This document shows positions 13,758-24,027 of a DNA stretch of 64,000 nt, piece after piece. Position numbers and translations under genes: made by a program. Position 1 is the stretch's first letter, and every line of letters begins with the position of its first letter. Source of the stretch: an uncultured Actinomycetes bacterium (GTDB taxonomy: Bacteria; Actinomycetota; Thermoleophilia; Gaiellales; Gaiellaceae). The notes below the pieces were generated by a model. It was not told the DNA's origin, did not search any database, and saw only the letters and a program-made list of their open reading frames with translations. Where the stretch lies: positions 23,986-87,985 of the forward strand of contig CAVTBP010000010.1 in the NCBI GenBank assembly GCA_963732985.1, read 5' to 3'.

Positions 13758-15702
13758 CTACCGGCGGACGGTCGCGATCGGCTTCAGGCCCTTCGCGATC
13801 GCGAGCATCGTCTCGTTCGAGAGCCGGTCGAGCAGCGAGTTCACGACCCAGTACGTCCCGCGCGGGGTGCGCAGCACGACCATGTGCAGGTGCGCGCCCT
13901 GGTAGTGGAGCTCGTAGCGGCGCCCCTTGATCCTGCGCGTCACGCTCTTCCCGCTCAGCACGGGTGCGTCCTCCCAGTCGCTCTGCTGCACGCCCCAGTA
14001 CTCGTTCCGCCCGCCGAGCTTGTACGTGAGCCGGATCGTCTTGTTGCGCTTGCGCTTCTGGTCGAAGTAGTAGGAGCGCAGCGGCCGCTCCGAGTCGATC
14101 CAGGACGAGCGCTCGACGACCGTCGGCACCATGAGCGGGAACCGCGTCCCGACCTGCGCCTGGCGCAGCAGGTCGAGAGAGGCTCCGGTGCCGGGCACGA
14201 TCTGTGGTCGCTGCCGCTCCGGCGTCTTGTCGATCGGCGCCGGCGCCAGCCGCCCGTGGAACGTCTGGCCGACGACGGCCGCGAGCATCGCCCCGTTCGC
14301 AAGCTGTCGCACCGGCACCGGGATGCGCTTCACGTCGGCCGTCCCGAACAGGCCGGCGAGCTTCGCGGCGGCCGGCTTGGCGCCGGGCTTCGCCGGGTCG
14401 AAGAACACGGTCGTGCGGAAGAACTCGAACGACGGCGCGTTGGCGGGGATGCCGTTGGGCGGCAGCACCATGTCGTAGCCCCGCTGCGAGAGCAGGTAGT
14501 TGGCGCTCGACGCGGAGCCGGTGACGCCGTTCCCGTTGAGGACGGTGACCGTCGTCTGGTTGGCAGGCGGAGCCTTCTGCTTGACCTTCTCGCCGAGCGC
14601 GGCGGCGGTCGCCTTCTTGGGCGATTCGACGTCCGGGTTCGCGAACTCGGCCACCGCGCGCTGCACGTTCTCGGGCGCCGTGGTCAGGTCGCCGGAGCCT
14701 TCGAGCCCTTCCAGCCGCGCCTGGAAGATGTGGCCCGCAGGCAGCGTGTAGGCGAGAGCCGCGTACTGCGCCACCGTCCTGGGGCTGATGTTCTTGCCGC
14801 CACCCTGACCCGCCTCGACGTTGCTCGTGACGACCTTGATCACCTGCGGCAGCCGCAGCAGCGAGAAGCTCGACTCGACCTGCTGCTTCAGCGCGCGCAC
14901 GAACTGCTGCTGGCGCGCGTTTCGGTAGAAGTCCGAGTCCGTGTGCCGGTAGCGCACGAAGTCGAGGGCGCGCAGGCCGGACAGCCGCTGGTAGCCCGGC
15001 TGGAGATCGATGGTGGCGTAGCCCGTGGGGCCGCTGTGGTCGTTGAAGTAGCGGCGGTCGATGTCCATCCAGACGCCGCCGAGCTTGTCCACGAGCTGCC
15101 GGAAGCCGCGGAAGTTGACCGTGATGATGTAGTTGATCGGGATCCCGGTGAACGCGCGCACGGTCTCCAGCGCACCCTGCTCGCCGCAGTAGACGAACGC
15201 GGAGTTGATCTTCGACGTGAACGGCTGCCGGCCCGGGCAACGGATCGGAACGGAGAGGTCGCGCGGGAGCGACAGCAGAGAGATCGTCTTCGCACCGGGA
15301 TCGGCGCGGACGAGCATCAGCGTGTCGCTGCGCGACGGCGCGTTCTTCCCGTCGCTCGCCCGCCGGTCGTAGCCGATCACCAGCGCCGTCGCCGGCTGAC
15401 CCGGCAGCGGCACGTCGAGCACCTCGACCGCCTTCTTGAGCGTCGCCGACCGGGGTGCGACGGCCGCGACGGACTCGTGCACGTACAGGTAGGCGCCACC
15501 CGCGAGCCCGGCCCCGACCATGGCCACGAGGAAGACGCACCAGCCGAGGATGCTGACCGCCAGGCGCCCACGCGTCCGCGGCGGCGGTTGACGGTACAGC
15601 GGAGACCTCGGCGAGCGCAGCCGGCGGGAGAGAGACCCCGCCGTTCCCGTTGCCGTTCGCGCCGGCGGTCCGGCCCACACCTCTCTTCAGCGTCGTTCGC
15701 AT
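13758..15702 (-). CDS. LCP (LytR-CpsA-Psr) glycopolymer transferase with LytR_C domain
   Basis: TM helix; RSDTLML, LSLPRDL, KINSAF, FVRYRHTDSDFYRNARQQ; VTVLNGNGVTG. Indel near the start. Confidence 0.92.
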
Positions 15703-15780
15703 GCGAGAACGGGCGCCGGGCGCCCGAGTGCCGAGGATACCCGAGCCACCGGCGCGGGCACCGCGCTTCGGAGCTGGCCT

Positions 15781-16882
15781 TTACGCGCTCTTCACGCGGC
15801 GCAGCGCCTCGGCGAGGAACGCCGATCTCGTCGGGCGTGCCGGCGGTGATGCGAAGCGCGCCCGGCGCACCGAACGGGCCCATCGGGCCGCACGATCACG
15901 CCTTCGCGCAGCAGACGGTCGCCGAGGGAAGCGGCATCCCCGACCTCGACGAAGACGAAGTTCGCCACCGCAGGGCCTGCCGGGTCGAAGCCCTGCGCGC
16001 GCAGCGTGTCCACGAGAGAGCTCATCGCCTCGCGGTTGAGCGCTCGGCGACGCTCGAGCTCGGGCTCGTCCGCGAGGCTCGCGAGCGCCGCCTCCTGTGC
16101 GGGCGTGCCGACGTCGAATGCGCGCCGTACCTTGCCGATCGCCGTGATCACGTCGACGGGGCCGACGCCGTAGCCGACGCGAAGCCCGGCCAGCCCGTAG
16201 ATCTTCGAGAAGGTGCGCAGAACGAGCACGCGGTGGCCCGCCTTCGGCGTACTCCTCGATCGCGTCCGGGTAGTCGGGCTCGTCGATGTACTCGAGGTAC
16301 GCCTGGTCGACGACGGTGAGGACGTGCTCCGGCACGCGCGCGAAGTACGCGTCGAGCTCGGCGCGGCCGGTCATCGTGCCGGTCGGGTTGTTCGGCGTGG
16401 CCACGAAGACGAGCTTCGTGCGCGGCGTGATCGCACCCAGCAGAGCGTCGAGATCGATGCGCTGGTCGCGCAGCGGGCACGCGTACCGGCACCGCTCCCA
16501 GCTTGAGCGGGTCGAGCACGTAGCTGACGAACGACGGCCAGCCCGTGACGACCTCGTCTCCCGGGTCGAGCGTCGCCTGGCACGTGAACCCGATCACGGC
16601 GTCGGCGCCGGCGCAGACGGTCACCTCCTCGAAGCGCACCCCGTGTCGCTCGGCAAGTGCCGATCGCAGGCGGTAGCAGCCGCCGTCCGGATAGCGGTTG
16701 AGCTCCGCACCCGCGGCGGCCATCGCCGCGGTCGCCGCCGGGAACGGCCCGTAGGGGCCTTCGTTCGAGGCGAGCTTGACGACGCGCTCGAGCCCGAGCT
16801 CGCGCTGCACCTCCTCGACCGGCTTGCCCGGCTCGTACGGAACGAGGCCGTCGAGCGCACCGCGGACGACTCCCTCGCCCAC
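15781..16882 (-). CDS. hisC: histidinol-phosphate aminotransferase (frameshifted)
   Basis: YEPGKP, VKLASNE, NRYPD, PNNPTG, DQAYLEY, LRTFSKIYGLAGLRVGY. Confidence 0.9.
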
Positions 16883-16899
16883 AGCCCTCACCACGTCGG

Positions 16900-17226
16900 T
16901 CACGCGGCCGCTGGCGCCCAGTCCGGGGGTGGCGACGCCTCGTCGGGGCCCGGGGCGACGGGGCCGCCCGCGGGCTCGGGGGCGAGTGCAGGCTCCCACG
17001 CCGCCTCGGGACTGCCGCCGCGCCGCCACCACCAGATGGCGGCGACAGCGATCCCGCCGACGATCGTCAACGCAAGCGCCCACACGATCAGCCGGCGCAC
17101 GTGCAGGATCCTGGGGCCGAGGAGCTGGAGCGCGAGGAGGGCGATCGCCGCGCCGGGACCACTCTGCCGCTGCAGCCGTCGCCGCAGCAACACCAGACCG
17201 ATGGAGGTGACGAGCGCCCTGCGCAT
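16900..17226 (-). CDS. small hypothetical membrane protein with Pro-rich tail
   Basis: Hydrophobic segment LIVWALALTIVGGIAVAAIWWW; GGAGG upstream; fills the lpdA-hisC gap. Confidence 0.6.
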   Translation of the reverse strand: MRRALVTSIGLVLLRRRLQRQSGPGAAIALLALQLLGPRILHVRRLIVWALALTIVGGIAVAAIWWWRRGGSPEAAWEPALAPEPAGGPVAPGPDEASPPPDWAPAAA

Positions 17227-17275
17227 GGAGTCGATCCTCCAGCCTACCTCGCGCGAGAGCCCGATATCCCCGGCG

Positions 17276-18675
17276 CTACGAACGCCGTTTCGGCGGCAGG
17301 TGGATCGCGCGCCCGAGAGCGACGAGACCCGCCTCCTTGATCGCCTCGGAGAGCGTCGGGTGAGGAGCGATCCCGTCGGCGACCGTCTCCACCGTCGACT
17401 CCGCATCGAGCGCGACGACGCCGGCCTCGATCAGGTCGGTGGCGTGCGGGCCGACGATCACGAGACCGAGCAGCTCGCCGTAGGTCGTCTCGTGGATCGA
17501 CTTCACCCAGCCGACCGTGTCGCCGGACATGACCGCACGTGCGTTGGCGACCCACGGGAACATGCCGACCGCGACCGTGTCGCCGTGGAGCTCGCGCGCC
17601 TGCTGCTCGGTGAGCCCGACACCCGCGATCTCGGGGTCGGTGTAGATCGGACGCGGCACCGCGGGCTCGCCGAGACGTGCGTCGTGACCCATCGCGTTCT
17701 CGGCCGCGATCTCGCCCTCGCGGAAGGCGGTGTGCGCGAGCTGCCAGCGGCCGGCGACGTCACCGGCGGCGTAGCACGTGCGGCACCGCGGTGCGCATGT
17801 GGTCGTCGGTCGGGATGCCGGTGCGGCGGTCGGCCTCGATCCCGAGTCGCCTCCAGGCCGAGGTCGTCGACGAGCGGTGCCCGTCCGACCGAGACGAGCA
17901 TCAGGTCGCACTCGACCGTCTCGCCCTCGCCGAAGTGAACGACGAGGTGGCTCCCGTCGTCGTCGACCTGGGTGCACTGCTTGCCGAGCTGGAGCGCGAT
18001 GCTCGCGGCGCTTGAACGCCTTGGCCAGCTCCTTCGCGGCATCCGCGTCCTCCTGCGGGATGAGCGTGTCGAGCATCTCGACGATCGTCACCTCGGAGCC
18101 GAAGCGGTTGAAGATCGAGGCGAACTCGCAGCCGATGATGCCTCCGCCGAGGACGAGCAAGCCGTCGCGGCACCTCGGTCTGGGCGAGGAGCCCGGTCGA
18201 GTCGACGCAGCGCGGCGAGTCGAGGCCGGGGATCGGCGGACGCATCGGGTACGAGCCGGTGGCGACGATCGCGCTGCGGAAGGTGATCTCCTCGCCACCC
18301 CACACGGCGAGCGTGTTCGGTCCGGTGAAGCGGCCGTGACCCTGCACCCACTCGACACCGAACGCCTTGAAGAGCGACGCCACGCCGCCGGTCATCTGCT
18401 TCGACGACGCCGTCCTTCCACGCAACGGCCGTCGGGAAGTCGAGCGTCGTCAGCGACGAGACGACGCCGAGCTTGCCGTTCACCTCGCGCACCGCGTGCA
18501 GCGCGTGCGCGGTCTGCACCCACGCCTTCGTGGGGATGCAGCCGACGCGGAGGCACGTGCCGCCGAGCGCGGGCTCGCGCTCGACGCACACGACCTTGCC
18601 ACCGAGCTGCGCGGCGCGGATCGCCGCCGTGTAGCCCGCGGGGCCGCCACCGAGGACGACGACGTCACATTCCAT
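17276..18675 (-). CDS. lpdA: dihydrolipoamide dehydrogenase E3 (frameshifted)
   Basis: GGGPAGY, GGTCLRVGCIPTK, GGGIIGCE, AAGDV, HPTLSE. Confidence 0.95.
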
Positions 18676-18689
18676 GTCGCGGCGGATCG

Positions 18690-19204
18690 CTAGCCAGTCG
18701 GCGCCGAGGCAGCCCGGCCGTCGTAGCCGGCGTCGAGCACGGCGCAGCATCGTCATCGAGTCGTCGGACTCGCCGACGCGCTCGAAGCCGTGCCTCTCGT
18801 AGACGCGGATCGCGTCGTCGTTCCGCTTGTCGACGCACAGCGACAGCGCCGGATGACCGTCCGCCCTGGCACGGTCGATGCAGCGACGTCAGCAGCGCGT
18901 CACCGATGCCACGTCCGCGTCGGCTCGGCACGACGGCGATCGCCAGCTCGGGTGTCGACGCGTCGACGAAGCCGTAGCCGGGCCGCTCGCGCGGGAACAG
19001 GCGGAACCACGCCGCGCCGACCGGGAAGCCGTCCTCGATCGCGATCACGGCGGTGTCACCGGGTCGACCCCAGGCCTTCACGTAGAGCTGCACCGGGCCG
19101 GGGCCTTCGCCGGGCGCCCGCTCCTTCCAGTAGTAGGCGTGGTGGAGCATGTCGCGCAGGTAGCGCACGTCCTGCGCGCCACCTCTCCTGACGACGACCG
19201 CCAC
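18690..19204 (-). CDS. GNAT family N-acetyltransferase (frameshifted)
   Basis: VGAAWFRLF...GYGFVD..TPELAIAVVPSRRGRGIG. Confidence 0.85.
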
Positions 19205-19210
19205 GGCGTC

Positions 19211-20490
19211 CTACAGGGCGAGCGCCGGCTCCTCGACGAGCGCGACGAGGGTGCGCAGGAAGTCGGCGCCCTCGGCGCCGTCGATGGCGCGATGGTCGCA
19301 GGTCAGGGTCATGCGCAGGATGGGCGCCACGTCGATCTCGCCTTCGACGACGACCGCCTCCGCCTTGACGGCTCCCACGGCGAGGATCGCGACCTGCGGC
19401 GGGTTGAGGACTGCCACGAACTGCTCCACGCCGAACATGCCCAGGTTGGAGATCGTGAACGTGCCCGACTCGAAGTCCTGCAGCGTGAGCTTCCCGTCCC
19501 GCGCTCGCGAGACGAGGTCCGAGCGGACACGGGCGATCTCCTGGATCGTGAGCCGCTCGGCGCTGCGGATCACCGGAACGACGAGGCCGGCAGGCGCGGC
19601 GACGGCGATGCCGACGTTCGCGGTCGCGTAGCGGTGCACCTCGTCGCCCGTGAACGTCGCGTTGACCGGCGGATGGCGCATGAGCGCGGCGGCGGCGAGC
19701 TTGACGAGCACGTCGTTGACGGTCGGCTTGGCGTCCCCCTCCGCGGAGCGGTCGACGAGCCGCTCGCGGAGCGCGAGGGCCTCCGTCATGTCGGCCGAGA
19801 CACGCCAGCTGGAACACGGGCGCCGCCCACGCCTCGGTGAGACGGCGCGCGATCGTCTTCCGGACCGAGGTGAGCTGGACGACCTCGACGTCCGGAGGCG
19901 CGGGCGCGGCGGCCGGCGCAGCCGCGGCCGGCGCCGTCGCCGCCTGCTCGACGTCTTCCGCCACGATGCGCCCGTCGGGGCCCGTCCCGACCACGGACGC
20001 GAGATCGACACCGCGCTCACGCGCGATGCGGCGCGCGAGCGGGCTCGCCTTCACGCGTGCGCCTGTTCCGGCCTCGCCGGGCGGGCGCCGACGCTGGGCT
20101 CCGCCACCGGGCTGGCGGGCGCTCGTCTCGGCGGCAGCAGCAGCCTCGGTCAGGGGCGGCGCGCGGGACTCTCGGGCGACGCCGACGGCTGCTGCTCCTG
20201 CGGTCGTTGGCGCGGAGTCGCCTGCGGGCGATTCCGCCACGGGCACGTCTTCGCCTTCGGCGCCGATGAGCGCGATCGTGGTCCCCACCTCGACCTCGCC
20301 CTCCGGGACGACGATCTTGAGCAGCACGCCGTCGGCCTCGGCCTCGACCTCCTGCGTCACCTTGTCGGTGTCGAGCTCGTACAGACGGCTCGCGCTTGGA
20401 GACCGGATCGCCTTCGGCCTTCAGCCAGCGGACGATCGTGCCGGACTCCATGCCCTGCCCGAGCCGCGGCAGCTTCACCTCGGTCGCCAT
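19211..20490 (-). CDS. 2-oxoacid dehydrogenase E2 dihydrolipoamide acyltransferase (frameshifted)
   Basis: Lipoyl domain (LPRLGQGM...DTDKVTQE), E3-binding ASPLARRIA, TISNLG, DHRAIDG. Confidence 0.93.
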
Positions 20491-20492
20491 GT

Positions 20493-21488
20493 CTAGCTCC
20501 TCGCGACCGTGCGCCGGATCGCGTCGAGCACGTCCGCGGCGTGCGGGATGAGATAGCTCTCCATCACGGGTGCGAACGCGAGCGGCGCGAACTTCGCCCC
20601 GACCCGCTCGATCGGCGCGTCGAGCCAGTCGAAGGCGCCGTGCTGGACGACCGCGGCCAGCTCGGCACCGAAGCCACCCTGGACGATCGCCTCGTGAGCC
20701 GTCACGCAGCGGGTCGTCTTTCGCACGGACGCGACGATCGTCTCGGCATCGAGCGGCGAGAGCGTCCGCGGGTCGACCACCTCGACGGAGATGCCGTCCT
20801 GCTCGGCGTCCGCGGCCGCCTGGAGGGACTCGTGCACGAGCCTCCCGGTGGCGACCACCGTGACGTCGGTGCCCTCGCGAAGCACGCGCGCCCGGCCGAG
20901 CGGGATCGGCGTGATCTCCTCGGAGACCGTGCCCTTGATCGGGTACAGCGTGCGGTGCTCGAAGAAGATGACCGGGTTGGGGTCGTAGATCGCGGACCAC
21001 AGCAGGCCACGGACGTCTTCGGGGGTGGAGGCGAACACGACCTTCAGCCCCGGGACGTGCGTGAACCATGCCTCGAGCTGCTGCGCGTGCTGCGCCCCGG
21101 GTGACCAGCCCGCGCCACCCTGGGTGCGGATCGTGAGCGGCACCTGGACCTGCCCACCGGACATGGTGCGGTGCTTGGCCGCCTGGTTGACGATCTGCTC
21201 CATGGAGATCGTGAGGAAGTCCTCGTACATGATCTCCACCACCGGCAACATGCCCTGGATCGCGGCGCCGATGCCGGCACCGACGATCGCGATCTCCGAG
21301 ATCGGCGTGTTGCGAACGCGACCTGGGCCGAACTCCTCGAGCATCCCGTGCGTGACGCCCATGGAGCCGCCCATCTCGGCGATGTCCTCGCCCATGATGA
21401 AGACGCGCTCGTCGTTCCGCATCACCTGGGAGAGCGCGTCGCGGACGGCCTCCCGGTAGGTCATCTCGACTGCGGCGGCGGCGCTCAC
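20493..21488 (-). CDS. pyruvate/acetoin dehydrogenase E1 beta subunit
   Basis: TYREAV, GEDI, NTPISE, QHAQQLEAW, FFEHR, VVDPRTLSPLD. Confidence 0.93.
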   Translation of the reverse strand: MSAAAAVEMTYREAVRDALSQVMRNDERVFIMGEDIAEMGGSMGVTHGMLEEFGPGRVRNTPISEIAIVGAGIGAAIQGMLPVVEIMYEDFLTISMEQIVNQAAKHRTMSGGQVQVPLTIRTQGGAGWSPGAQHAQQLEAWFTHVPGLKVVFASTPEDVRGLLWSAIYDPNPVIFFEHRTLYPIKGTVSEEITPIPLGRARVLREGTDVTVVATGRLVHESLQAAADAEQDGISVEVVDPRTLSPLDAETIVASVRKTTRCVTAHEAIVQGGFGAELAAVVQHGAFDWLDAPIERVGAKFAPLAFAPVMESYLIPHAADVLDAIRRTVARS

Positions 21489-22495
21489 GGCTCCAGCGAC
21501 CCTTCCGCGTAGACCCACTTGAGCCCGTCCTCCGGCGCCGGGTCGGTGCCGGCCTTGGCGAACTCGACCGACGCGTCGACCTCTGCCTGCACCTGCTCGT
21601 CGAGCGCGGCGAGCTCGTCGTCCTCGATGCCGAGACGGGCGCGCAGGCGGTCGATCGGATCGTGCGTCTCCGCCAGCTCGCGCACCTCGGTCTTGTCGCG
21701 ATAGACCTGCGGGTCGCCGACGTAGTGCCCCGTGAACCGGTAGGTGCGCACGTTGAGGAACATCGGCCCCTTGCCCGAGACCGCGTGCTCGCGCGCGGCG
21801 ACCATCGCCGCGAAGACCGACTCGATGTCCTGACCGTCGACCTCGGCGTGCTCCATGTCGTAGGCGAGCGCGCGATGCTCCATGTCCTCCACGGCCAGCG
21901 GTAGTTGCTGCGACGCGGGTGTCGACTCCGCCCAGCCGTTGTTCTCGAGCACGAACACGACCGGGAGCCGCCACAGCTGGGCCAGGTTCATCGACTCGTG
22001 GAAGGCGCCGGTGTTGGTCGCGCCGTCGCCGAAGAAGGGAACGGCCACACGGGGCTCGCCACGCATCTTGAACGCGAGCGCGGCGCCGACCATCATCGGG
22101 AGGCCACCGCCCACGACCGCGTTCGCGCCCATGTTCCCGCGCGGCACGTCGTAGAGATGCATGGAGCCGCCGAACCCACCCGAGCAGCCCTCCTGCTTGC
22201 CGTACATCTCCGCCATCACCGCGTCGATCGGCGTGCCCTTGGCGATCGTGTGCGCGTGCGCGCGGTGGGTCGACGAGATCACGTCGTCGGGTCGCAGCGC
22301 CGCGCAGACGCCGCAGGCAACCGCCTCCTGGCCGATCGCGACGTGGAGGAAGCCCGGGAGCTCGCCGGCGCGAAACCGCTCCTCGACCTTCTCCTCGAAG
22401 CGCCGGATGACGAGCATCTCGCGAAACAGCTCGCGCAGGCGGGCGTCCGTCAACGTCGCCGCCGCCGCACGGGGATCTCCCTCCACCTGGGTCAT
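21485..22495 (-). CDS. pyruvate/acetoin dehydrogenase E1 alpha subunit (ThDP)
   Basis: PGFLHVAIGQEA, STHRAH, GGSMH, FFGDGATN...ENN, TYRFTGH. Confidence 0.95.
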   Translation of the reverse strand: MTQVEGDPRAAAATLTDARLRELFREMLVIRRFEEKVEERFRAGELPGFLHVAIGQEAVACGVCAALRPDDVISSTHRAHAHTIAKGTPIDAVMAEMYGKQEGCSGGFGGSMHLYDVPRGNMGANAVVGGGLPMMVGAALAFKMRGEPRVAVPFFGDGATNTGAFHESMNLAQLWRLPVVFVLENNGWAESTPASQQLPLAVEDMEHRALAYDMEHAEVDGQDIESVFAAMVAAREHAVSGKGPMFLNVRTYRFTGHYVGDPQVYRDKTEVRELAETHDPIDRLRARLGIEDDELAALDEQVQAEVDASVEFAKAGTDPAPEDGLKWVYAEGSLEP

Positions 22496-22519
22496 CGGGC
22501 GTCATTATGCTGACGCCTC
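22496..22519. promoter_or_regulatory. putative bidirectional promoter inside a palindrome
   Basis: CATAAT (minus, 22509-22504) and TATGCT (plus, 22506-22511), each 8 nt from its start codon, inside GGCGTCA-N6-TGACGCC. Confidence 0.6.
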
Positions 22520-23175
22520 GTGAAGCTCGTCGATCAGTGGGCGGCGCTGGAGGCGAACCTCCCGGACGGGTGGGAGGACGTACGTCTGACGCTCACCACC
22601 GAGCAGCCCGCCGAGCTGGCGCGGGCGGCGCAGGTGCTCGGCCCGATGAACGCCGGTCGCTCCGGTGACGGGCTCGTCTTCCACGTGCGACGGGCCGGTG
22701 GCGCGTCGGGGCCGGAGGCCGCTCGCCGGCTGTTCTCACGCCTCGACCGGGACCGCGTCTGGTGCGTGCTGGCCGCCGGGGAGGCGCGCGTCGCCGCTGT
22801 GCGCCGGCCGAGAGCGCCGATCGCGCGGCCACGTCCGGCGTCGCGGCTCAGTGGGACGCCGCGCTCGCGACGCTGCCACCCGACTGGAGCGACCTCCTGT
22901 GCGGGCTCGAGCTCCAGTCGAGCGACCTTCTGCCGAGGGCCGCGCTCCTCTGCGCGCCGGTCAACCCGACGCGTGACCACGACATGATCGGGTTCGTCTT
23001 CCGCTGCGCGCGGCGCGCCGGCTACGGCGTCTCGCCGAGCATGGCGCGCCGCTGCTTCGAGCATCTCGACGAGGAGCAGATCCCGGCCCGCGTCACGATT
23101 CGCCGCATGCTCGCGGACGCGCGCAACGTCGACACCCAGGGCGTCGTCTGGCCCGTCGGCGGCCGGGTCCTGTAG
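22520..23175 (+). CDS. hypothetical protein with two internally repeated domains (frameshifted)
   Basis: Halves align: QW...LP.(G/D)W.D....L...RAA.....P.N......(L/F)VF......G..P..ARR.F..LD. Confidence 0.7.
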
Positions 23176-23260
23176 GACGAGGCAGCCTCACCCGGCATCC
23201 GCAAGGCGAGGCGACCTCACGCTCGACGGCGTGATTCGGAGGGCGCGGCCGGCCGTATCG

Positions 23261-23977
23261 CTACGGGGCGACCTTGACCGTGCCGCGCATGAAGGTCTTG
23301 TGGGGGTCGCACTGGTACACGAGCGTGCCCTTCCTGAGCACGACGGTCCAGGTCTTCGTCTCGAGGCGTGCGACCGAGGTCTTGCGGTTCACGCCGGCGC
23401 CGAGCAGATGGGCGTTGTGAAAGTCGGAGCGATCGCGTACGCGGATCGTGTACCGGCCTGGCTTGAGGCGCGTGACCCGCTTCCCGGCCCGTGTCCTGAA
23501 CGTGATGGTCTGCGCAGGCCCGCTCGTCAGGAGGAGCGTCGCGCCGACGGGTGCCGTGGGCTTCGGCGTCACGGTACCGCCGCCGCCGTTCCACCGCCGC
23601 CGGTACCTCCCCCACCCGGGTCGCCCGCGCCGGCGGTGAACTGCCCCGCCATGCGGGTCGGGTGCGCATCGCAGATGAAGCGGTAGACGCCGTCGGCGAA
23701 GGTCACCTGGAAGCTCTTGTCCTCGAGCGTGTCGACGTTCGTGGACACGTCGACACCGGGCCCGTACAGGTGGAAGTTGTGCTCGATCGACTTGTCGGTG
23801 ACCTCGACCAGGTACGGGCCGGGCGCCGGATTGCCGAGCGCGTTGCCCGCAGCGTCGCGGAGCGAGATGTTGAACCCCGGGCCGACCGATCCGGACAGCA
23901 CGGGACCCTCCGCCACCGCCACCGCCCGCCGCGACGAGCGCGACGAACGCAGTGGCGGCAGCGACAAGACCCCTCAC
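23261..23977 (-). CDS. secreted tandem cupredoxin-like protein (frameshifted)
   Basis: Signal peptide; HNFHL...CDAHPTRM and HNAHL...CDPHKTFM; Gly-rich linker. Confidence 0.75.
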   Translation of the reverse strand: MRGLVAAATAFVALVAAGGGGGGGSRAVRIGRPGVQHLAPRRCGQRARQSGARPVPGRGHRQVDRAQLPPVRARCRRVHERRHARGQELPGDLRRRRLPLHLRCAPDPHGGAVHRRRGRPGWGRYRRRWNGGGGTVTPKPTAPVGATLLLTSGPAQTITFRTRAGKRVTRLKPGRYTIRVRDRSDFHNAHLLGAGVNRKTSVARLETKTWTVVLRKGTLVYQCDPHKTFMRGTVKVAP

Positions 23978-24027
23978 GCCCTCTTCCTACGCAGAGCGGG
24001 CGTCATCGGATTTGCGTCCGACGTGCG

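Noticed and set aside
20493-22505. E1 alpha-beta fusion suggested by the 670-aa ORF
   Set aside because: The upstream part is an alternate frame over E1 alpha; E1 beta starts at the GTGA overlap near 21488.
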